This document shows positions 50,701 to 63,339 of a stretch of DNA of 64,000 bases, piece after piece. The notes beneath the pieces are model-generated. The model saw only the letters and a program-made list of their open reading frames with translations, had not been told where the DNA came from and did no database searches. Every line of letters starts with the position of its first letter. Positions within the stretch are counted from its first letter, which is position 1. A program made the translations under genes and the position numbers. This DNA comes from Paramecium tetraurelia. Taxonomy: Eukaryota. The stretch spans positions 1 through 64,000 of the forward strand of contig CT868196.1 in the NCBI GenBank assembly GCA_000165425.1, read 5' to 3'.

Positions 50701-52974
50701 AATAATTCATTTTAGAATCATTAAATACATGTAGAGATGGCTTAAAATTTAATAATTAATAAATAATCCTTTGCTGAAAATTTAATTAAATTGAATCAAA
50801 CTTTCAATGAATAATCATTTGAGAATCATAAAATTATAGATCATAATGCCATCGATATTACTCCAAATCAAAGTATTCGTAAGCTGATAGATACAAGTAA
50901 ATCGTTTGGATAACAGAAGTTCTTTAATTAGGAGATATAGGAACTGGATTAATCTAATAGTAAAATAAGTGAGGGATTCCAAAATTAGATGAAGGATGTG
51001 AATCAATTATATGACGTTGACTTAAATAAAATTGATAAAGAGATGAGAGAGAACATCAAAATGTAATTACAATTGGAAATTGATCAGAAAAATCAACCTA
51101 ATTAATAAATTGATGATGCTGCTTCTTAAGTTTCTTCATTGATAGGTTTAAAGAAATCCTTATTCTATAAAAAGTACGAATTAATCAATGGAATTATAGA
51201 TAGCTCTTTTAGACCTATCTCTTATAAATTTTGTCACATTTTCTTCTTTATTCAACTGATTTTAATTTCTACTTATAGTATAATTATTTTATAGAACTTG
51301 AACATAGACTTCAATAGATTCATTTAAGAAGTAGATATGCTTTTGTTTAGTTATAGTTTTATGACTCCTTTTGATGTATTTTTAGCATTAAGATTTTCCA
51401 CTGTTTACTATTAAGTATAGGTTCCAAGTCAAATGACTGCAGCTGAATATAATGTATTAACTAATTGGTTATCTAATCATTTGGGAGAGGGATATGATGA
51501 TATGAAGAAGAATTTCTTAGAATAATTCTCGAATCCTTAATTGTTGGATTTCTTCACTGATTAAGAATTTGATGTCTAATTCATGAAAGAAAATTCAACT
51601 TCGATGGAAATAAAAACACTTTCGTTCAGAGAAACTTTAAATGTGTTACTACAATATTAATATCAATTTAAAATTGCATATTTACAAAAAACCTCATTAA
51701 CAAATTAAGCATTTTCTGCTTATCCCTATTTTAATTATTTGGATTTGCATGATAAATTTGATAACATGACTAATGATATTTTAGAGTACACTAAGGAAAG
51801 AAAGCAAATAGTTTAAGATAATTGGCAATCTATCTGGATCCCTTTTTTAGTATTGGATGCATTATTTATGATAGCTACCTATTATAATTATAAAGTGTAC
51901 CTGCAAAATTATGAAAGCTTTCTAAATCTTTTTAAATTCATTGATGAAGTTTGGGTGAATAGAGATATGGAGAGATATAAAATTTTAATAAATATTTTGA
52001 CTAAGAATTCAGATGTCATATTCAAATATCAGTTTGATTTGGAACAAAAAGAGAAATTCATGATGGCTGAAAAATACAAAAAGGAATCTAAAATAATACA
52101 TGATTTAAAAAAGAAAAAGAATTATCAAAATTACGATAAGCTCTCTACAATTTATGGGCTTGTTGGAATTTCATTCGTGTTTTCAGTCTTCTTTATTCCT
52201 TCCTTGTTAATCCAATTATAAACCAATAATTATCTATATAAGTATGTGAATACAGCTGACTTTTATAAATTTACAGGAGATCTTTGCTTTTAATTACCTG
52301 GTATGTTTTCGTAAAGACAATTCTTATATTGGTGGGTAATATACAGTTTAGATGTGAAGGAAAAACCAAGAATGACAGCTCGACTATTTAATGGTATTGA
52401 TAATCTTAAATTATTTGATGAACATGTATAACAATTCAATTAGGAAGATTATTTAACAACGTAAACTTTCATTGATAAACTAAATTTAATTACAAAAAAT
52501 TCGGTTTGTAAGTTTTTTACTGGAGATCAATATAATGACTACGCTTTTTATTGTTCGAGATCTTTTGATGGAGCTTTGGATATGGGTCTCAGCCAAGGTT
52601 TGATGTATGTAGCAAATCAATATAAGGTAACATATGCTCTGAATAATTTTACTTCGATTAGACAATATTTTAAATATGAGGCAGAGGGTATGTACATTAT
52701 GGTTAAAGGTATGATTGACTTGGTATCCTCTCTAAAGGAGGCTCTATTATAAGCTACTAATTCCCATATGGATTAAATTGTTGGCTTAAGCGTTTTTCTG
52801 TTGGTGTTCCAATTGTTCCTATTTTTCCTTTAGTATTTTATTTTTCATAAGTATTATTCAGAGGAATATAATTTGGTGAAAAGGTATATGCTATTATTAC
52901 CATCATCAACATTATTATTGGATGACAATTTTGAAAGAAACATTAGAATATTCTATGCATAATATTAAGTTTGA
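47794..52974 (+). CDS. Giant multi-pass membrane protein with PAS-like domain (paralogue 2, about 1726 aa)
   Basis: 5181 nt, divisible by 3; YFIRPDLIW, HRQKCSDQNCHC, PAS-like IDLLLPQAIRNEHYMLVQRFINDGKCKY (about 49921-50007), C-terminal TM then YMLLLPSSTL. Confidence 0.8.
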
Positions 52975-53002
52975 ATGATGTGTATTATTAATAATATTAA
53001 GA

Positions 53003-54376
53003 ATGTTAAAGTTTTACTCTTTTTTCAGCATTGCCCTTACAGTAGGAGCAGTTTACAACTCTTTCAGTGCCTATAAGCAATTTTACCCATCAGTCTTATA
53101 CCTGAGCACAAATAAAATAAATAGAACAATATTAGTAAATTGTGCCATAATGTTTATTTCCATTTTGATAATGATGTTCTTAAAAATTATGTTCGGAAAA
53201 ATAAAGGATGTCGAAAAAATAGTATGAATTTATTATTACTAATGAATAGACTGTGATTGATAAGACAAAGAGGAAAATATTGGAAGTAGCATATTTATTA
53301 TTCTTCTTTTACGTGTCATTAGATTGGCAATTTATATGTAAAAATGATCACAAACCTTTTTAGTTTTAATACTATGGCTGATAGCACTATCAATAATTCA
53401 TTGGATTTCAAAAAAAAGAGCTGGATTTTTGATTGCAGAATCCTCATTAAATTTTAGTGATCATGTCAAATTGTTGATGACATTCATCATACTATTTTAT
53501 ATTGATATCAAAGTAGCAAATTAGAATTATTTTAGTTAGATAAGTCTCTATTTTTTTTATGGAGCAGAGGAGAAATTTTAAGACCTATTGTTTAGTTTTG
53601 AATTTGCACTTTTGCCAATTCGAATGGTTCTGCCAGTAATAAAATATTTAATGAATCTCTTTGAAATTCTAACCTATTCCTAATTCGAATCAAAGCAAAC
53701 TGTCTTTTCTGCATTAGAAGTCTTATCAAAAATATTAAAATTAATTGTATAAATTATCCTCTTTCAACAAGTGTTAAACACATAAGGATTTTTGCTCATT
53801 TTACTCGTAGATATTATTGGAAATTTGGTTGCTTTGTATAAAAAAATAAAAGCCGTTTATAATCAGATTAAGCTAGTGAGAATGATAAATAGGATTTAAG
53901 ATGTAGAAAAAAATGAATCTCATGATTCCACATGTTTAATCTGTCTTAATGAATTAGAAAAAGGGAAATTACTATCATGTGGTCATGTTTTCCATAGCAG
54001 TTGCTTAAAAACATGGATCTCAGGTAATTAAAATTAATTTTGCCCTAAATGCAAGTCCACAATCAAATTAGAGGAGACAAAACTTTAATAAAATGACACT
54101 CAGGATATAAGTTCGAAAAAATAAATATTGTTGTAAGAATTAAGGGAGATACGAAGCAATATATAAATCTTAAAGAGTTTAAATTAATGTCGAAACTTAC
54201 AAAATAATGTATAGAATACTTAAGGAATTGGAAATTTGTAATATGCATTACCATGTGAAGCTTTACAATTTACTACTGGACTCAGTGAAATCAAAAGACA
54301 GCAAATGAATTATATGAATAAGATTGTTAGAGCAATAGACTAAGGGGTCATTGGAAGTCATTTGTTAACAAAATGA
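53003..54376 (+). CDS. HRD1: HRD1/synoviolin-like ERAD E3 ubiquitin ligase
   Basis: KQFYPSVLYLSTNK, IMFGKIKDVE, several TMs, RING-H2 CLICLNELEKGKLLSCGHVFHSSCLKTWISGNQNQFCPKC. Confidence 0.85.
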
Positions 54377-54649
54377 AATATTAGACTGTGTTTTATTTTC
54401 ATTTAAAATCAATCCAAAAGTATTAATATTCATTTATTATTTAATAATTTTTTCATCATTAATATAGTAGAATTATTTTTTATTAAGATGAAAGTAATTA
54501 TATAGAATAAAAACATATTAATTTTAATGATTTCACATTAAAATAACTTCATGGATAAACAACACTACTAAAAATCTGTAATGTAAATATTTGTTGAGTT
54601 AACTTTGTAGATTCTAATTTAATTTGTAAAAGAATTGCATGAGAACCTT

Positions 54650-55089
54650 ATTCATGATACGGATAATTAATATATATATCCATATCTTGAAAACAGTTAA
54701 TAAAAAATAATAAACTTACTTTTGTAAAGTTTTCTTTGATTTTTAGAATTTAATTCTGTTTAATTTTTAATGAGTATTCCACTTCCTATTGAAATTTAAT
54801 CTAAAAAGAGTAAAATCTTAGATTCAGTAAAATTGTTTACAGTATTATGCGATTTGTTTATAATACATACTATTGTGTAATGGAGAAGAATATTAAAACA
54901 ATTTACAACAATCATTAAGAGTTTTTCTGTATCTTCTTGTCATTGATCCTCTTCTATTGACTTCTCAATTAATTATTAAATCAAGGTAAAAGGAACTGTA
55001 TTTGATTGAACCTCTATTGTTATTTCCTACCTTTAGTTAGTTCTATTATTCTATATTTGTAAGGCAGAGATATTGGATATTTTATTCAT
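54650..55089 (-). pseudogene. Possible gene relic
   Basis: MNKISNISALQIQNNRTNQRQEITIEVQ...IEKSIEEDQ*QEDTEKLLMIVVNCF: long frame broken by TGA. Confidence 0.25.
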
Positions 55090-55173
55090 TGTTTAAGTTG
55101 AATATCCTTTAATTCAATTTTAATTCGATTCTTAATAAATATAATTTATTTGTATAATTATAAGGATATCTTG

Positions 55174-58100
55174 ATGCAGCAGTATTTTAATAATGATAAT
55201 CAAGCTAATTTGCATGTCCTTGTTCATTTTGTAAGGCAAAAAAAGAAAATCCATAGCAATCATCTCATGATTGCTATTAAGTAGATAGAGAAAATGAGGC
55301 TTTAAAATAAGAGATCTAATAACTATAGGCTTAGCTTCATTATCTGAATTAAAAAGGTATTGTAATAATCAATCAAATTTAAAGTGCCAGAATTTCAACA
55401 AATATTCAAGGATAATTAGCAAATGAAGAAGGCTCTTGATTAAATGAATTAATCAGTCAAAGAATATGAGGAAGAAATCTAGCGATAGAAATAAATAATT
55501 GATCGCTTGAACCTTGATTTGGATAAGGCAAAAAGAGATAACGAATAATTGTTATAAGGATTCAATGATATTAAACATCGAGGATTGTCATAAGAACAGA
55601 ATTTGTAATAAGATAATTAGAGAATGAAACATACAATTGATGGACTGAACAATGATTTGAGAAATCTACAACAAGAGGTCTATAGATTGCGATCACTTAA
55701 CGATAAATCAAAATACGTTCAAGAAGAGTCATATCATTATTAATAGGAAAACTAATAATATCTTGCCAAAATTAGATAACTGGAGATGCAGATTCGAGAT
55801 TTAATGTCAAAGGAGGATAATTATATTATGTAGATCAATAAAGCAGCTCAAGGGAATAATAATGAGAACATGATATTGAAAGAATAGAATGCATAATTAT
55901 AGTAGTAGTTGTTACAATTATAAAAACAATATTAAAAGCAATTGGAGGATATGAGTTAAGAGCGTGATAAAATACTTTCAGATTAGAGAAACACAATTAA
56001 TATTCAAATTAAAGATCAATTATTAAGAGAACAATAAAAATGGTAGAATGAAAGGGAAGCTTTATTATAAGAGATTTAACTGCTTAAACAATAATTGAGT
56101 TAGAATGAATAGTAAATATTAAGAAAAAGATAATAGATAGAAGAGGAAGTAAATAGAAATCAATAATACTTAATTGAATTAGAATAAGGAAATACTCAAT
56201 TGCAAAATAGATGTAGGGAATTACAAAATTAAATATCTTTAATGGAAAAGGATAAACATCGTATAGATTAATATACTAGAAGAATTGATGAATAATAGTA
56301 GCAATTAGATTAATTATAGAGATAAATGTATGACTTAACTAACAAATATAATAATTTATTACAATAATATGAATAAAAGAAATATCAAAATGAATAATTA
56401 AACAGCCAATTAAATATGGTTCAAGAACATGATAAATAGAAAATTATTAATTTGGAAAAGCAAATTCGAGAACTGTAGGATCAATTGGCAGATACTTAGA
56501 GATTGAGATAATAATTGAATTAAATGAATGAGAATTACACTGCATTGCAATTATCTTTCAAGACTTCTTAGAAGTAATTATAGGATTTCGATGAATTGAA
56601 TTAAGAATTAATTTAATTGTAGAGAGAATTAGAGTATTACAAATAATAGGATGTAAAAAACAAATAAGATTTGGATCAATATAAATCATAATTATTAATG
56701 ATAGAAAATAGGTAAAATTAATAAGCAAATTCAGAATTAGAAAAACTTAAATATCAGAATTAACAATTAAATGATGAGCTTAATAATTTAAGAAATACAA
56801 ATTAATAGTTGACTTTTAAATTTTAATAAGCACAGAACGATTTATAATCATAAAACTATGCTTTAAATGAAAGCAACTAGTTGAAAGCCAAAATTAAAGA
56901 ACTTTTGGACTAGATTTAATATTAATAGATTGAAATTAATAAAAAGGATAAATTAATACAAGAATTGTAGATTAAACTTCAACAATAAAATTAGAAGATT
57001 GATTTGATAATTACGATGGAGAAGGAGAGAAAGGATTTTGAATATCGAATTATTCAATTAGAAAAATAATTGGCTGATTCCAATCTCTACAAATCACAAT
57101 TTATAGAATTGTAAAGCAAATATGAGAATTTAAGAAAAGACTATGAATTATTAAGGATCAAATTAGAAGAATATAATAATATGTAATAGAAGATGGTGTG
57201 GTTAGAAAAATAATTAGCAGATGCTAATATTTATAAAACTCAATATTTGGAATTGGAGAATAAATACAATAATTTAGATGCCAATTATTAATTCAAAATA
57301 AGTTAATTGGAGAAATAATTATAAGAAGCAAACATGTACAAAATGCAATATGCAGAATTACAAAATAAATATAATTTTATAATTCAAGAAAATGAAATAG
57401 TTAAAAAAGACTATGAGTAATTAAGATATAAACTTGAAGAAGTTAACAACTAATTGATCATTTCTAAAAAACAAATAACAATTTAGTTCAATACAGAATT
57501 TGATGCACTCAAATCAGAAATGTAAACCTGGATTTTGAAATGTAAAACTTACGAAAACGAAATCAATTTTCTGAGATCCACAATAAAAGACTACTAAGAT
57601 AATGATAATGAAAATTTATTAGTGAAAAAGGAATTAGAAAGATGGTAGATAAAGTGTTCAGAATTGGAAAGAGAAAGATAATAATTAAAGTTAAATTTAT
57701 AGGAGTTAGATAAACTGAGATATAGAATCAATGATTTAGAAAAGGACAATCAAAATTATCAATTTAAGATAGCTAGATTAGAAAAAGAGGCAGATGCTAC
57801 TCGTTAATAGATAATAATTTTGGAACAATAGAGAACTTAATACGATCTCATTAAAAAAGATTATGATGCTTTACAGATAAGACTATAAGAGTAAGAAAGA
57901 GAGAAGTCGCAATTAAGAAATGAGATGGATATACTTCGACAACAACTACAATAATTTAAATCACAAGTATAAATGTTGGAATAGGAAAGGAATTAATCTC
58001 TTATGAAATTAGAAGAGTCTGATAGAGAGAGACAAGGATTAAAATAATAGATACTGATTTTAAATAATACAAAGGTAGAATTAGAAAATATAAGAAGAGA

Positions 58101-59394
58101 ATATGAAAACTTTAAATAAAAGTATGAGCAACTTGATAGAGAAACAATTAGTTTAAGATAATAATTGTAAATCTTAAATAATTAGAAAGGAGAATTTGAC
58201 AGAATAAAGGTTGAATATTCCTAATTAAAAATAAACGTAGAGGAACAAGATAGGGAACACCTATCTCTAAGATCTTAATTGCAATTGGCCTCTAATTAAA
58301 AGAATGATTTGGAAAAGTTTAGATAGGAATACGACATTATAAGAATTAAATTAGAGGAGAGTGAGAAAGATAAAAATTAAGTAAAATCACAACTTCAAGT
58401 TTACATAACTAACATTAATGCTTACAAGGATTAAATAGAACATTTAAATATATAGATAAGTCAATTCTAATAGGATTTGAGTTCATTTTAATAGTAGGAA
58501 ATAATGATGAAACGAGAAATAGAAATGCTGATATAGCAGATTGATATTTTCAAAAAGGATTAACAGAATAAGTAATAGTAAATTTAGGAGTTTTAATTCA
58601 AATACTAAGAGATTCTTCGGGAGTATGAAGTCTTGTAAAGTAAGTAGGTAAATATTGACGTGGATGCATTGATGTATGAGATATTTGAACTAAAGAAGCA
58701 ATTGGTTCAAAAAGAGAAGCAGTATGAAATTGAGAGACAGGAGTATTTAGAGTAGAAATTCCAATCGGAGAAGAACATCAAATTAAGAGTGGAGCAGGAG
58801 ATAAGATAGATAACTGAAAGGTATAATTTTGAGAGGGAGGAATTGAGAAAGTAAATCCAAGTTGAAAAGCAGTAGAAATTATAGATAGAAACCGAATTGA
58901 GACTAAAATATGAGTAGTAGATTTTAATTTTGTAGAAACAAATAAAACCAGTGATTGATGTGGATGCTTTGATGTATGACATTTTTGAATTGAAGAAGCA
59001 AGTTGTTGCAAAAGATCAATAATTGGAGCAGTTGAAAAAGGAACAGTATTAAATGAGATTGCAGATTGAATAGCAGTTCAATCAGTAGAGAATGAAGTTT
59101 GAGTCGGAGTTAAGAGTAAAACTGGAGAGGGAATTAAGAATGTCGATAGAGAGTGAGATTAGATTTTAGATTGAAAATGATTATAAATTTGATTAGAATA
59201 TTTAGGATTACATTTTGTAGGTTGAGAAGTGGAAGTCAGTTTGTTAGATGAGGGACGAAGAGATTGATCATATGAGGGGTTTGTAGCAGGCTTTGAAGGA
59301 GAAACTGAATCAATATACTTAGGAGATAGAATCTCTGAAGACTCAGTTGTCAATGTTTTAAGGGGAGAGGAAGAAGGGATATTAAATAAAATGA
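55174..59394 (+). CDS. Very long (about 1390 aa) Gln/Glu-rich coiled-coil protein with internal repeats
   Basis: MQHQFACPCSFCK after a 23-nt intron, second intron near 55357; continuous heptad frame to TGA 59392-59394. Confidence 0.8.
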
Positions 59395-59479
59395 TATATT
59401 TATAATAATTTTATTGAGGAAAATATTAGAAAGAATTTTGAATATCTAAAAGCATATATTAAATTTAAATATAATTAAA

Positions 59480-61301
59480 ATGATTGAGATAGCGGAAAAG
59501 GGTGTAACGAGTTTGGAATTGAGCAAGCATTTAATTAAGAGACTAAATTATCCTCAATGGAAAAGAATCAGCAGGTTTGAATTTACACAGATATTTTGAA
59601 AATATTGATTATATACTTTATACTATAACACGTCAGGCGATTGTTTATTTTAGGTAAAAACTCTCAACCTACGACTTGAAACATCTAAATACACACGAGA
59701 AGGAGTTTCGCGTAGTCTGGTCTCCAAGTCAGCCACCATCGCCATCTAAGGCCATGTGCGAGTTTTCGTCTGGTGATTCTAGTCCTTGTGATGATGATCA
59801 ATATTAAGCTAAAATAGAATTCATAGGTACAAAATTATCAATTCGTGATATATGTAATTCTGTTCTTAATTCTAATTGCTATGAAATTCGAATTTTAGAA
59901 CCCACAAAAACAGGAAAATACGAGAAGTTTTAAATTTTTAAATAAATCTTAGAATCCCTTTGGAGTGGCAAAACTAAAAAGATATAATTCTCTTTTATTA
60001 TGATTCTTCACTTGAAGCATGTCAAGATAAGCATGCTATTAAAAAGTATTTAAAGGAAAAGTAAATTTATTTATGTTATTAAAATTATTTATAGATTCAA
60101 AGATTATCATTTTATTAATTTTGAAGAAGTCTAGAAGGTATATTTGGCAGGAGAACAAGCATATGTTATAAGAATAAATGAGGATAAATCAGCCTAATTT
60201 TTTTATTATAATATGAATAAAAATTAACCAAAACACAAGAAATATCTTGGGGAGAATTTTCAAGTAATAAATAATCCTCTATCTTCCAAAGGTTGGAATT
60301 TTAAGAAAAATCAGAGACATTAAAATCTAATATAAAATTATCCTAAGATTTCTACCTGTTTAATTTTATAAGGAGAAAATAGAGAGTATTGTGTATGAAA
60401 GAAGGAATGACAAATATTAAATAGACATACGATCATTAAGAGTTGAAGAGTTATTTGAATGTATAAGTGATGGATTTATCATAGTCGAAGGATGTAAATA
60501 TGGAGTGATCTATTGTGACGATTTAAAATAATCCTAAGGTTTGGTAGACATTTTTAATAAGTAAAGACCAGAATTTCTATAGTTAGATACTTTTTTGAGA
60601 GAAAATTGTCTTAACCAGAAATCATATTAGTGAATGAAGATGGTAAGAAAGTGCCTTAACTCTCGAATTTGTCAGAATTTGTGAATCCTCTCTCTATCAA
60701 CTATGACACTGAAAAATAAATGAAACTTATTCTACAATAAGAAATTGATAAGGAAGTTCAGGAAAAGATTGAAAGAGTTGAGAAATAAGAGAGATTGGAA
60801 AGATAAGAGAAACAAGAGAGAATGGAAAAAGAAAGACTAGAGAAAATTGAGAAAGAAAAAAGTGAGAAAATAGATAAGGAAAAAGATAGGTCTGATAAAC
60901 AATTGAGTGGAAGTAAATGATCTTTTTATTAATCCAAGAAAAAAACTATCAAGATATTAATATCAGCACTGTTGAAATTAATAGCAGCAAAATTCATGAA
61001 AGATCAGAAAAATCAATTGAAAGAAATCAAAACTCCTATCATAGCCATTATCATCATAATTATAATAATAAATGTATTGAGATAGTAAACCTAATGTAGA
61101 TGAGAATGGAAGCAGAAACAAAGGCAGGAGATCAAGATCACAATCCAGAAAGAGGAGACATAGTTCAAGTGACAGTTCTAAGTTAAAATATATAATTAAT
61201 TATATAACAGAAAACATCATGATAGAAAACATCGATAGAATCGATATGAGACAAAAAGAAAATCGGGATGGGAAAACAATAGTAGTAAGACAAGAAAATG
61301 A
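59480..61301 (+). CDS. Hypothetical protein with RRM-like segments, charged EK/ER stretch and C-terminal RS-rich tail
   Basis: Multi-intron model; ends GRRSRSQSRKRRHSSSDSSK...ETKRKSGWENNSSKTRK*. Confidence 0.6.
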
Positions 61302-61427
61302 ATAAATTTTACTGTAATTTTAAAACAACAAGGCATTTATAGAAATAGACAATTATTTTTACAAACAAAACAGTTAAATAAAAATGTAAAAAAAAGTAAA
61401 AACAAACAAACAGACTTCCCTCCAATG

Positions 61428-61878
61428 TCAACCATATATAGCATACTCTATAGCATCAAATTATACAGGAGTGAATTTTAATTAAGGAGAAACATGCTTC
61501 AACTCATCCTTTGAAATATTTTCTTTATTTGATTTGTATATGTTGACAAATGATTACAATAATTAACAATTTATGCTAATACTTTCTCCACCTTTAGAAT
61601 ATGGCACAATATGATCGAATTGATAACATAATGATCCTCTGCAACTGTTTAAGGCTTTACAAACTGGATTACCAACAGCATCTAATCTCCATCTATCTGG
61701 ATTTCTTCCTTCCATTATTTAAGCCTATTATTCAATATAAACCAACTGATACATTATTCCTGCATTCTTCCCTTGCTAATTTATCAAATCTTCTAGGATT
61801 ATATGGTGACGGTGATCTTCTTTAATTATGATGATGCGAAATATTATTATGATTTGAATTAATATTATTTTCCGACAT
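61428..61878 (-). CDS. HNH endonuclease-domain protein (140 aa), resembling a plant-type stand-alone HNH family
   Basis: PRRFDKLAREECRNNAQIMEGRNPDRWRLDAVGNPVCKALNSCRGSLCYQFDHIVPYSKGGESISINCQLLQSFVNIYKSN...DAIEYAIYG*; intron 61725-61752. Confidence 0.88.
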
Positions 61879-62382
61879 TATCAAAACAAATATTAATTAA
61901 TAAAACAATCCACCAAGATTATTTTCTTAATCTAATTACTATTTAAGCATTACTCTCATATTTTATCTTTCGCTTTCTTTTTAAACATATTCTTTGAAAA
62001 TATTAAATAATAAGGATTATAAATTACTGTTGCTAATTAGAATGAAGCTAATTACCTATATTATACCTTATGATTAGAAAGAAACAATTCTAATATTTGT
62101 ATCTATTGATTATTCAAGTATTAGGCCATTGGATTTTTAGAAAAGTGAAAAATAATCTAAATAATATTTGTATTAGTTTCAAATTTATTCTAAAATAAAT
62201 TACCTTCTGAATAACTTAAATAATTCTGAATTTTACAAATACGAAAATTTTCATACAATAAGTTACTTTCCTATTTTGGAACTGGAAAAATAAAATGGAA
62301 GAGGGAAGTGTAGTAAAATTGAAAAGTTTGGTGAAAATTATAAAATATATTTATCTTATTGTGTATAAATATTTTATATTAT

Positions 62383-63319
62383 ATGAATTCGAATCATATT
62401 AGATGGAAGCCAAAATCAGAGGAGGAAAGATAATCTCAGAGGTTGTAACAAATAAAGACAGTTTATTTGATTGGGACAGATGAAAAAAGTCTTGCTCCAA
62501 GATTGACTGCTAAATCTTGGATTGTAGTAGATTCAAATTCTGGGGATGTTTTATATGCTTACAACGAGAATTAAAGAAGGGAGATAGCTTCGATCACAAA
62601 AATAATGACATTCTATGTTGTTTTGAGTATGTGCAAGACTATGAATGTTTAAACTAATAATACATATGCTGAAGTTAGTTTATAAGCAAGTTTAGTAGGA
62701 GGCACGACTGCTAATTTGCTCAAAGGAGACATACTATCAATAGATGATTTATTTTATGGATTAATGTTACCATCAGGCAACGATGCAGCTATGACATTTG
62801 CTGAAAATTTTGGAATTTATGCTATGTATTAAAATAAAATTAAAGGAAATAATCCAATCATATATTTTATTCAGGAAATGAATAACAAAGCAAGAGAATT
62901 AAGAATGACTCAAACTACTTATGCAAATCCACATGGATTAAACAATAAAAATAATCTATCTTCAGCATATGATGTCGCAAAACTTTGCAATTAATTATTA
63001 AAAGATGATTTCTTTAAAAAGGTTGTAAATACAAAGATTCATTTCTGTACTATTTAAGATGAAGAAGGTATCATTGCGAATAAATAATTTTAAAGGATTT
63101 ACAAGGGATGTTATGTGGGAAAACACAAACAAATTGCTTTACTAAGGATTTCGAGGAATAAAAACTGGCAATACTTCAGTAGCAGGTCCTTGTTTGGCAA
63201 GTTATTATCAGTCAAATAACAGATCATTTACAATAGTAATTTTGGGTTGTCGAAATTAGGAAGATCGATGGTCTGAAACTATGCAACTAGTATAATGGTG
63301 TTTATCTTAAATTCAATGA
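62383..63319 (+). CDS. D-alanyl-D-alanine carboxypeptidase (peptidase S11, low-molecular-mass PBP-like), 302 aa
   Basis: APRLTAKSWIVVDSNSGDVLY, SxxK (ASITKIMT 62590-62601), SxN (LMLPSGNDAA 62773-62781), YANPHGL, SSAYDVA, WENTNKLL, KTG (63161-63169); intron 63068-63095. Confidence 0.93.
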
Positions 63320-63339
63320 TCTCATATATAACTTATATA

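Noticed and set aside
58707..59353. Ser/Tyr/Phe-rich minus-strand ORFs
   Set aside because: Antisense shadows of the coiled-coil gene
62383..63319. Bacterial contamination as source of the DD-peptidase
   Set aside because: Uses TAA/TAG as Gln, has a typical tiny intron and is contiguous with ciliate genes
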